Below are positions 56,800 to 64,000 of a DNA stretch of 64,000 nt, piece after piece. Every line of letters begins with the position of its first letter. Position 1 is the first letter of the stretch. Location: assembly GCA_044432975.1 (NCBI GenBank), contig JAWXUC010000004.1, forward strand, positions 30,291 through 94,290, read 5' to 3'. This DNA is from Alphaproteobacteria bacterium (GTDB lineage: Bacteria > Pseudomonadota > Alphaproteobacteria > RF32 > CAG-239). Both the position numbers and the translations under genes were made by a program. Below the pieces are notes generated by a model, which made no database searches, was not told the DNA's origin, and saw only the letters and a program-made list of their open reading frames with translations.

Positions 56800-57444
56800 A
56801 TGACTATTACTGCTATACTTGTTATTTGTGCTTTGGTTGGATATTTGATTGGATCTATCCCTTTTGGTTTGGTTTTGACTAAAATGGTTGGAATAAATTT
56901 AAGAGAAGTTGGGCCAGGGACTATTGGAGCAACAAATGTTTTGCGTACTGGTAGAAAAGATTTAGCTTTGGCGACTGTTGTTTTAGATGCATTTAAGGCA
57001 GGTATTGTTGCAATTTTAGCATTGCATTTACTTGCAAACACAGATGTTGTTGTATTTGGGACGGTAGCTCCATTTAATCAAGTTGCTTCTTTGTTGGCTG
57101 GTTTTATGGCTATTGTTGGGCATAATTTTCCAGTTTGGTTGAAGTTTAAGGGTGGAAAAGGGGTTGCATCTTCTCTAGGTTTTATATTATGCACATCTCC
57201 TGTTGTAGCGCTTTTGGGCTTTGGGGTTTGGTTAATTATGGCGTTTAGGTTTAAGTATTCTTCATTGGCGGCTATTGTTGCTTGTGTGTTTGTACCTGTA
57301 TTTGCTTTTTATTTTGCAACCCCAGTTTATATAATGTGTTATTCTTTGGTGGCATTGTTAGTAATTGTTCGTCATCATTCAAATATTTCTCGTTTAATTA
57401 AAGGCGAGGAAACAAAAATTAGTTTTAAGAAAAAGGATAAATAA
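56800..57444 (+). CDS. plsY: Glycerol-3-phosphate acyltransferase PlsY
   Basis: [10 protein letters not shown].., [28 protein letters not shown] motifs. Confidence 0.9.
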   Translation: MTITAILVICALVGYLIGSIPFGLVLTKMVGINLREVGPGTIGATNVLRTGRKDLALATVVLDAFKAGIVAILALHLLANTDVVVFGTVAPFNQVASLLAGFMAIVGHNFPVWLKFKGGKGVASSLGFILCTSPVVALLGFGVWLIMAFRFKYSSLAAIVACVFVPVFAFYFATPVYIMCYSLVALLVIVRHHSNISRLIKGEETKISFKKKDK

Positions 57445-57446
57445 AA

Positions 57447-57977
57447 ATGAAATTTCACCCATGGCATAGTGTTAGTTTTGGAGAAAATGCTCCAGATGAA
57501 ATTACGGCGATTATTGAAGTGCCAAAAGGTTCTCAAATAAAATATGAACTTGATAAACCAAGCGGAATGCTTAAAGTTGATAGAATTTTATATTCTGCGG
57601 TGCATTATCCTGCAAACTATGGTTTTATTCCTCAAACTTATTGTGATGATAATGATCCATTGGATGTGTTGGTATTGTGTCAGGTAAAAGTTGACCCATT
57701 GTCTTTAATGAGGGTTCGTCCTATTGGGGTTATGAAAATGATAGATCAAGGTGAGGCGGATGATAAAATTATTGCAGTTCATGTTGATGATCCAGAATAT
57801 TGTCATTATACATCAATAAGCCAACTTTCTCCACATATTTTAAAGACACTTCGCAGATTTTTTGAGGATTATAAAATCTTAGAAAATAAAGAAGTAAAAA
57901 TTGAAAGCTTTTTGGATGCTCAAGATGCAAAGAGAATCATAAATGAGGCTATAGTACTTTATAGAGAAAAGTTTTAA
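57447..57977 (+). CDS. ppa: Inorganic pyrophosphatase
   Basis: [14 protein letters not shown].., [18 protein letters not shown] motifs. Confidence 0.95.
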   Translation: MKFHPWHSVSFGENAPDEITAIIEVPKGSQIKYELDKPSGMLKVDRILYSAVHYPANYGFIPQTYCDDNDPLDVLVLCQVKVDPLSLMRVRPIGVMKMIDQGEADDKIIAVHVDDPEYCHYTSISQLSPHILKTLRRFFEDYKILENKEVKIESFLDAQDAKRIINEAIVLYREKF

Positions 57978-57995
57978 GGTTATAGTAATATTTTT

Positions 57996-58026
57996 GATTG
58001 GATTTCGGATCAAGTCCGCAATGACG
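57996..58026 (+). repeat. GATTGG...AATGAC hairpin repeat, solo copy
   Basis: GATTGGATTTCGGATCAAGTCCGCAATGACG; same flanks as 6393-6424 and 44534-44563, with a different stem (CGGAT/GTCCG). Confidence 0.65.
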
Positions 58027-58050
58027 TAAAACCCTCTATATTGTAGGTGT

Positions 58051-58091
58051 AATAAAAATCCCGCCGATGTTGTGATAACATGGGCGGGATT
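58051..58091 (-). terminator. Probable terminator for the minus-strand membrane-protein gene
   Basis: AATCCCGCC / GGCGGGATT stem; on the minus strand it runs into TTTTT. Confidence 0.45.
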
Positions 58092-58123
58092 AAATTTAGT
58101 CTTCTAAGAATGTTTCAGAAACT

Positions 58124-58287
58124 CTAGAGCTTTTAATGGTTAAATAGACTAATTTTTTGCTCGTCTTTTTATTTTTGTTTTTTGACTTTTCTCCTTATGG
58201 AGAGCCTACTCCACTGCGTCAAAAAGCCAAATCCAAAAATAAAAATCCTTCACAAAAATGATTCTATTTAATTGTTAAAAACTCTAG
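58124..58287. mobile_element. Palindromic MITE (copy B2)
   Basis: Near-identical core to 33261-33424. Imperfect TIRs CTAGAGCTTTTAATGGTTAAATAG / CTATTTAATTGTTAAAAACTCTAG. Overlaps the 3' end of ORF 58268-58669. Confidence 0.8.
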
Positions 58288-58669
58288 TGGTGATTGAAAC
58301 AATTATAGATGTGCAAGCAGTAATTGCTGACCACACGGGTAGGTTGTAATAGATTAGTATTCCTGATGCAAGCATTGTGGTGCTTGCTATAAGTGCTTTT
58401 TTGTTTATGTAACTAAAATTACTTATTGTTATATAATCTATTATAGTGCTTCCTCCTATCCTTGTTTCGCTGATTTCTTCACGTTTTTTTCTTCTTTTAC
58501 TTATTAGTGATATTGAAGATATGGCGCTAACAATGATGTATCCTAAGAGTCCAAGCGGGGTGTAGTTGTCTCTTGCTAGATAAAAAATTGTTAATGCTGT
58601 GATGATGCTTAACCAGAGTAGTGTTAGTACTAAATTGCGGGATAAAAACTTTTTGATTGGCTTTTTCAT
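58268..58669 (-). CDS. Hypothetical membrane protein (133 aa); last codons supplied by the MITE
   Basis: 3-4 TM helices. The C-terminal TRVFNN and the stop are encoded by MITE TIR sequence. Confidence 0.5.
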   Translation of the reverse strand: MKKPIKKFLSRNLVLTLLWLSIITALTIFYLARDNYTPLGLLGYIIVSAISSISLISKRRKKREEISETRIGGSTIIDYITISNFSYINKKALIASTTMLASGILIYYNLPVWSAITACTSIIVSITTRVFNN

Positions 58670-58958
58670 AGCTTTTTATGTTTTAATTGTTTGTATTTAA
58701 TTTATGTTCGAATCACTTTTATTATAATACTGTTGTTTTGTCAAATATTTTTTCTAAAACTGACTCAACCTGAATCGGGGCTTGAAAAATAAAATAAAAA
58801 ATATGCAATAAAGTGCTTGCATATTATAATCAGATATGTTACAAACCCAGCAATAGTTAAGAATCGGTAAACAGAATCGATGATTGATTATGATATAAAA
58901 TATTGATGTAAGCACCTGTTGGTTTAGGCTGGCAAAGGGTTTGCGCTCAGAAAATTTT

Positions 58959-59000
58959 ATAATCGCCGATAAAGACGTTGTGTTTTTCTTTGGCGATTAT
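58959..59000 (+). promoter_or_regulatory. Leader hairpin upstream of rpsJ
   Basis: ATAATCGCC (58959-58967) pairs with GGCGATTAT (58992-59000). The loop contains a T-rich tract, and the hairpin ends 28 nt before the ATG. Confidence 0.35.
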
Positions 59001-59027
59001 GTTATAACAAAGGAAAAGAATTTTATT

Positions 59028-59336
59028 ATGGATACACAAAATATAAGAATTCGCCTTAAGGCTTTTGACCATAGATTGTTAGATTTATCTACAAAAGAAA
59101 TCGTTGGTACAGCAAAAAGAACTGGGGCAGATGTTAGAGGACCAATTCCTCTTCCTACAAAAATCGCAAAGTGGACAGTTAACAAATCTCCACACGTTGA
59201 TAAAAAGTCTAGAGAACAATTTGAGATTAGAACTCACAAAAGACTTCTAGACATAATGAACCCAACTCCTCAAACTGTTGATGCCCTTATGAAATTAGAC
59301 TTGGCAGCTGGAGTTAATGTTGAGATTAAACTTTAA
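59028..59336 (+). CDS. rpsJ: 30S ribosomal protein S10
   Basis: [14 protein letters not shown].. signature. The internal ATG at 59028 is preferred to the extended ORF start. Confidence 0.95.
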   Translation: MDTQNIRIRLKAFDHRLLDLSTKEIVGTAKRTGADVRGPIPLPTKIAKWTVNKSPHVDKKSREQFEIRTHKRLLDIMNPTPQTVDALMKLDLAAGVNVEIKL

Positions 59337-59420
59337 GTCTCTTAAAATAAATTAAAGTATGTAACAATGTTGATATTTTGAAAAACAAATAATCAACCTA
59401 TTGAAAAGGAAAATATAAAA

Positions 59421-60158
59421 ATGCGTACAGGTTTAATTGCAAAAAAGCTTGGTATGTCTCGTATTTTTAAGGCGGACGGAACTCATGTTCCAGTAACTGT
59501 TTTGGCTGTTGAAGGCTTAAAAGTAGTTGCTACTAAAACATTAGAAAAAGATGGTTATAGCGCAGTACAATTGGGTGCAGGCGTTGCAAAATCTAAAAAT
59601 GTTACAAAACCGCTTAAAGGACATTATGCAAAAGCAGGCGTTGAGCCAGCTAAAAAACTTGCAGAATTCAGAGTTTCTGAAGATTGCATGTTGAATGTTG
59701 GTGACGAATTGAGTGCAGAGCACTTTATCGTTGGTCAATATGTTGACGTAACAGGTACATCTATCGGTAAAGGTTTTGCTGGTGCGATGAAGCGTCATAA
59801 CTTTGCTGGTTTAGAAGCTACACACGGTGTGTCTATTTCTCACCGTTCTCATGGTTCTACTGGTCAATGTCAAGAGCCTGGTAGAGTGTTTAAAGGTAAA
59901 AAAATGGCTGGTCAAATGGGTAACAAACGTGTAAACGTTCAAAACCTTTTAATTGAAGCTACAGATGCAGAAAGAAACTTATTGTTTATTAAAGGTGCCG
60001 TTCCTGGTTCTGAAAACTCTTGGGTTTATGTTGCAGATGCAGTTAAAAGACCATCTAAAGAACAATTACCTACACCTGCTGGTTTAGTTAAAAAAGCAAA
60101 TCCTGCAAAAGTTGAAGTAGCAGAAGTTTCTGCTGAAACAACAGAGGTAAAGGAATAA
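59421..60158 (+). CDS. rplC: 50S ribosomal protein L3
   Basis: [16 protein letters not shown].. and operon order. Confidence 0.97.
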   Translation: MRTGLIAKKLGMSRIFKADGTHVPVTVLAVEGLKVVATKTLEKDGYSAVQLGAGVAKSKNVTKPLKGHYAKAGVEPAKKLAEFRVSEDCMLNVGDELSAEHFIVGQYVDVTGTSIGKGFAGAMKRHNFAGLEATHGVSISHRSHGSTGQCQEPGRVFKGKKMAGQMGNKRVNVQNLLIEATDAERNLLFIKGAVPGSENSWVYVADAVKRPSKEQLPTPAGLVKKANPAKVEVAEVSAETTEVKE

Positions 60159-60162
60159 TAAA

Positions 60163-60783
60163 ATGAAATTAGATGTTATTAATTTTGAAAATAAAAGCGT
60201 GGGTTCTGTTGAACTTAATGAAGCTATTTTCGGTTTAGACGTTAGAGCTGACATTTTACACCGTGTTGTAAATTGGCAGTTGGCTAAAGCTCAAGCTGGT
60301 ACTCATGCTACAAAAGGACGTTCTGACATTTCTTTAACACCAAAAAAACCTTTTAAACAAAAAGGTGGTGGTAGAGCTCGTCAAGGTTCTATGAAAGGTC
60401 CTCAATTTAGAGGTGGTGGTGTGGCTTTTGGTCCTGTTGTTAGAGATCATTCACACGAATTAACTAAAAAGTTTAGAAAGCTTGGATTGAAGACTGCTTT
60501 GTCTGCAAAAGCTAAAGATGGTAAACTTGTTATCGTTGAAGATGCAAAATTATCAGCTCCAAAAACTAAAGACTTGTTAAACATTGTTAAAGTTTGTGGT
60601 TTTGATAATTCTTTGTTCGTTGCTGGTAACGAAGTTGATGCAAACTTTGCTCTTGCTTCTCGTGCTATTGTTGGTGTAGATGTTTTGCCAACTATTGGTG
60701 CTAACGTTTATGATATTTTACGTCGTGACAAATTGGTGTTGACTAAAGATGCTGTTGTTGCATTAGAGGAGAGATTGAAATGA
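60163..60783 (+). CDS. rplD: 50S ribosomal protein L4
   Basis: KPFKQKGGGRARQGS motif and operon order. Confidence 0.97.
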   Translation: MKLDVINFENKSVGSVELNEAIFGLDVRADILHRVVNWQLAKAQAGTHATKGRSDISLTPKKPFKQKGGGRARQGSMKGPQFRGGGVAFGPVVRDHSHELTKKFRKLGLKTALSAKAKDGKLVIVEDAKLSAPKTKDLLNIVKVCGFDNSLFVAGNEVDANFALASRAIVGVDVLPTIGANVYDILRRDKLVLTKDAVVALEERLK

Positions 60784-61094
60784 GTAAAACAAAATCTAAT
60801 GAAATGACTGTTAAAATTTATGATACTTTAACTCGTCCAGTTATTACTGAAAAAGCTATGATTGCTTCAGAAGCTGGTAAATATATCTTCAAAGTTGCTT
60901 CTTGGGCTACTAAAAAAGATATTAAAGCCGCTGTTGAGTCTATCTTTAATGTTAAAGTAACTAAAGTTAACACAATTAACCAATTTGGTAAAGAAAAACG
61001 CTTTAGAGGCCATTTAGGTCAACGTTCTGATTACAGAAAAGCTGTTATTTCTTTAGCTGATGGTCAAGCAATTGACGTTACTACAGGAGTATAA
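60780..61094 (+). CDS. rplW: 50S ribosomal protein L23
   Basis: RPVITEKA.. motif and operon order. Confidence 0.95.
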   Translation: MSKTKSNEMTVKIYDTLTRPVITEKAMIASEAGKYIFKVASWATKKDIKAAVESIFNVKVTKVNTINQFGKEKRFRGHLGQRSDYRKAVISLADGQAIDVTTGV

Positions 61095-61098
61095 GATT

Positions 61099-61935
61099 AT
61101 GGCGTTAAAAACTTTTAAACCTACTACTCCTTCTATGCGTCAACTTGTTATTGTTGACAGAAGTGAGTTGCACAAAGGAAAACCTGAAAAAACTTTAACT
61201 GTTGGTTTAACAAAAACTGGTGGTAGAGATAATTTTGGGCATGTTACATCAAGAAGAAAAGGTGGCGGTCATAAACAAAAATATCGTATTATTGACTTTA
61301 AGCGTAATAAATTTGATGTAGAGGCTACTGTTGAAAGAATTGAATATGATCCTAACAGATCTTCTTTCATTGCATTAGTTAATTATACAGATGGAGAAAA
61401 AGCTTATATTTTGGCTCCTCAAAGATTAAAAGCTGGTGATAAAGTGATTGCTGCTCAAAAAGCAGACATCAAACCAGGTAATGCTATGCCTTTGAAAAAT
61501 ATGCCTGTTGGTACAATCATCCACAATATTGAGATGAAAGTTGGTAAAGGCGGACAAATGGTTCGTTCTGCTGGTTGTTATGCTCAATTAGTTGGTAAAG
61601 ATGCTGGTTATGCTCAACTTAAACTTTCTTCTGGAGAGTTGAGAGTTGTTAGAGAAGAATGTTTGGCTACTGTTGGTGCAGTATCAAACCCTGATAACCA
61701 AAACAAAAATCTTGGTAAAGCTGGTAGAAATAGATGGTTAGGTAATCGTCCTGTTTCTCGTGGTGTTGCTATGAACCCAGTTGATCACCCAATGGGTGGT
61801 GGTGAAGGTCGTACATCTGGTGGCCGTCATCCAGTTACTCCATGGGGTAAACCAACTAAGGGTAAGAAAACTCGTTCTAACAAGAAGACAGATCAATTTG
61901 TAATTAGATCTCGTCATGCAAACAAAAAGAAATAG
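61099..61935 (+). CDS. rplB: 50S ribosomal protein L2
   Basis: [15 protein letters not shown].., GGGEGR motif. Confidence 0.97.
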   Translation: MALKTFKPTTPSMRQLVIVDRSELHKGKPEKTLTVGLTKTGGRDNFGHVTSRRKGGGHKQKYRIIDFKRNKFDVEATVERIEYDPNRSSFIALVNYTDGEKAYILAPQRLKAGDKVIAAQKADIKPGNAMPLKNMPVGTIIHNIEMKVGKGGQMVRSAGCYAQLVGKDAGYAQLKLSSGELRVVREECLATVGAVSNPDNQNKNLGKAGRNRWLGNRPVSRGVAMNPVDHPMGGGEGRTSGGRHPVTPWGKPTKGKKTRSNKKTDQFVIRSRHANKKK

Positions 61936-61947
61936 GGAGATAAAAAT

Positions 61948-62226
61948 ATGACACGTTCCGTATGGAAAGGCCCATTTGTAGATGGTTATCTTCTAAAAAA
62001 AGCAGATAAAGCTAGATCAGCTGGTAGAAATGAAGTGATTAAAATTTGGTCTCGTCGTTCTACAATGTTACCACAATTTGTTGGTTTAACATTTGGCGTT
62101 CACAATGGTCAAAAGTTTATCCCTGTTTTGGTTACAGAAGATATGATTGGACATAAATTTGGCGAATTCGCACCGACCCGTACTTATTGGGGTCATGCGG
62201 CTGACAAGAAAGCTAAGAGGAAATAA
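61948..62226 (+). CDS. rpsS: 30S ribosomal protein S19
   Basis: [12 protein letters not shown].. signature. Confidence 0.97.
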   Translation: MTRSVWKGPFVDGYLLKKADKARSAGRNEVIKIWSRRSTMLPQFVGLTFGVHNGQKFIPVLVTEDMIGHKFGEFAPTRTYWGHAADKKAKRK

Positions 62227-62228
62227 AC

Positions 62229-62582
62229 ATGGTAGAAGAAAATAAAAAACAAGCAAAGGCAATTTGCAAATCTGTAAGAACTTCTCCATATAAACTAAAC
62301 TTAGTGGCAGAATCAATCAGAGGCTTAAAAGCAGAAAAAGCTGTTGCAGAACTTACATTCTCTAAAAAGAGAGTAGCTGGTAACGTTTTAGCAACATTAA
62401 AATCTGCTATTGCAAACGCTGAAAATAATCATTCATTAAACATTGACAAGCTAGTTGTTAGCGAAGCTTTTGTTGGTAAAGGTTTGGTTATGAAAAGAAT
62501 GCACGCTAGAGGTAGAGGTAGAGGTGCTCGCATCTTGAAACCTTTCGCTAGTATAACAATCGTATTGAGTGAGAAGGAGTAA
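62229..62582 (+). CDS. rplV: 50S ribosomal protein L22
   Basis: Operon position; [16 protein letters not shown]. Confidence 0.95.
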   Translation: MVEENKKQAKAICKSVRTSPYKLNLVAESIRGLKAEKAVAELTFSKKRVAGNVLATLKSAIANAENNHSLNIDKLVVSEAFVGKGLVMKRMHARGRGRGARILKPFASITIVLSEKE

Positions 62583-62586
62583 GAAG

Positions 62587-63258
62587 ATGGGACAAAAAGT
62601 TAATCCAACCAGTCTTCGTTTGGGTATTAATCGTACTTGGGATTCTAGATGGTATGCTGAGGCAGATTATTCAAAATTCCTTCATGAAGACGTAAAAATT
62701 AGAGAATTTTTGCAATCTAAATTAGCGCAAGCTGGTGTTGCAAGAATTGTTATTGAACGTCCAACTAAAAAAGCGAAAGTTACAATTCATACTGCTCGTC
62801 CAGGTATTGTAATTGGTAGAAAAGGACAAGATATTGAAACTTTAAGAAAAGATATTCAAAAATTGACTTCTTCAGAAGTTCAATTGAACATCTTAGAAGT
62901 TAGAAAACCTGAATTAGATGCTCAATTAGTAGCAGATGGTGTTGCTCAACAATTAGAAAAACGTGTTGCTTTTAGACGCGCTATGAAAAGAGTTATGCAA
63001 AATGCTATGCGTTTGGGTGCTGAAGGTATTAAAGTTGCTGTTTCTGGTCGTTTGAACGGTGCAGAAATTGCTAGAACTGAAGGTTATAGAGAAGGTCGTG
63101 TGCCTTTGCATACTCTTCGTGCTGATATTGATTATGCAACTTCAACTGCTCGCACTACTTATGGTGCCTTGGGTATTAAAGTTTGGATCTACAAAGGTGA
63201 TATTTTATCACATGATCCAATGGCTCAAGATAAAAAGTTGACAGATAATAAAGGATAG
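62587..63258 (+). CDS. rpsC: 30S ribosomal protein S3
   Basis: [13 protein letters not shown].. signature; KH domain. Confidence 0.97.
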   Translation: MGQKVNPTSLRLGINRTWDSRWYAEADYSKFLHEDVKIREFLQSKLAQAGVARIVIERPTKKAKVTIHTARPGIVIGRKGQDIETLRKDIQKLTSSEVQLNILEVRKPELDAQLVADGVAQQLEKRVAFRRAMKRVMQNAMRLGAEGIKVAVSGRLNGAEIARTEGYREGRVPLHTLRADIDYATSTARTTYGALGIKVWIYKGDILSHDPMAQDKKLTDNKG

Positions 63259-63263
63259 TATAT

Positions 63264-63695
63264 ATGTTAAGTCCAAAAAGATTAAAATTCCGCAAAATGC
63301 ACAAAGGTCGTATTCACGGCAATGCAAAAGGTGGTTATGAGTTGAACTTTGGTTCATTTGGCTTAAAGGCTTTATCTCCAGAGCGTATTACTGCTCGTCA
63401 GATTGAAGCTGCTCGTCGTGCGATTACTCGTGAGATGAAACGTGCTGGTAAAGTATGGATTAGAATATTCCCTGATTTGCCAGTTACTGATAAGCCTGCT
63501 GAAGTTCGTATGGGTAAAGGTAAAGGTTCTGTTGAATATTGGGCAGCTAGAGTTTACCCTGGTAGAATTATGTTTGAGATTGACGGCGTTTCTGATGAAA
63601 TCGCAAGATCTGCTTTGACACTTGGAGCTGCTAAGCTTCCTGTTCAAACTAAGATTGTTAAACGTCTTGCTTCAGATATGAAAGAAGGAGCATAA
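63264..63695 (+). CDS. rplP: 50S ribosomal protein L16
   Basis: [16 protein letters not shown].. signature. Confidence 0.97.
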   Translation: MLSPKRLKFRKMHKGRIHGNAKGGYELNFGSFGLKALSPERITARQIEAARRAITREMKRAGKVWIRIFPDLPVTDKPAEVRMGKGKGSVEYWAARVYPGRIMFEIDGVSDEIARSALTLGAAKLPVQTKIVKRLASDMKEGA

Positions 63696-63697
63696 AA

Positions 63698-63904
63698 ATG
63701 GCTAAAAAAGAAGTAAAATTAAGCGCTTTGAATGCCAAAGAGTTGAATGAAAAATTAATTTCTCTTAAACAAGAAGAATTTAATTTAAGAATTCAACATT
63801 CAACAGGTAGTTTGACTAATACAGCTAGTATTAGAAAAAATCGCAAAGAAATTGCAAGAGTTAACACTGCGTTAGCTTCTGCTAATAAAGAGGAGAATAA
63901 ATAA
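63698..63904 (+). CDS. rpmC: 50S ribosomal protein L29
   Basis: Size and operon position. Confidence 0.93.
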   Translation: MAKKEVKLSALNAKELNEKLISLKQEEFNLRIQHSTGSLTNTASIRKNRKEIARVNTALASANKEENK

Positions 63905-64000
63905 TGCCTAAACGTATTTTACAAGGTGTTGTTGTAAGCGATAAACAAGAGAAAACTGTGGTTGTTAAAGTTGAACGCCAAGTTATGCATCCTGTTTATA
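63904..64000 (+). CDS. rpsQ: 30S ribosomal protein S17, N-terminal part (continues past window)
   Basis: [25 protein letters not shown]..; the start overlaps the rpmC stop (TAATG). Confidence 0.9.
   Translation, partial: MPKRILQGVVVSDKQEKTVVVKVERQVMHPVY

Noticed and set aside
56721-57041. 106-aa ORF on the minus strand
   Set aside because: It is antisense to the well-supported plsY gene, a typical shadow ORF.

Overview
AT-rich bacterial chromosomal segment. It is most consistent with a reduced-genome, probably host-associated alphaproteobacterium: an atpI-atpB-atpE-b'-b F0 operon with two b subunits, a single bifunctional SpoT/Rel, and a tRNA-His with an encoded G-1. About 75 genes are supportable, mostly housekeeping: phosphate uptake, Dsb proteins, Hsp33, L25-pth, the F0 operon, lysA, leuS, apt, lnt, folD, adk, holA-lptE, rph, eno, nadM/nadE, rpoZ-spoT-acpS-lepB-rnc-dprA-topA, gyrB, thyA-folA, ruvAB, plsY, ppa and the S10 ribosomal operon. 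The intergenic DNA is heavily colonised by small repeats. These include GTAGGG-headed REP/REPIN hairpins with an IS200-like RAYT transposase and a decayed second copy; a second hairpin family (GATTGG...AATGAC) whose inverted copies flank a GIY-YIG nuclease gene; a roughly 160-bp palindromic MITE family (3 copies); long perfect palindromes; and a tRNA-His-associated islet carrying rhuM. The strongest candidate for something new is a three-copy, roughly 170-nt structured RNA at 14867-15038 (+), 28792-28957 (-) and 56151-56322 (-). Each copy has its own promoter, helices supported by compensatory changes, an invariant 21-mer and an intrinsic terminator, and sits about 25 nt upstream of a small ORF (two Xre-type HTH proteins, one unrelated protein). 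I do not recognise it as a known RNA family. All calls rest on reading the sequence and ORF translations; no database searches were run.
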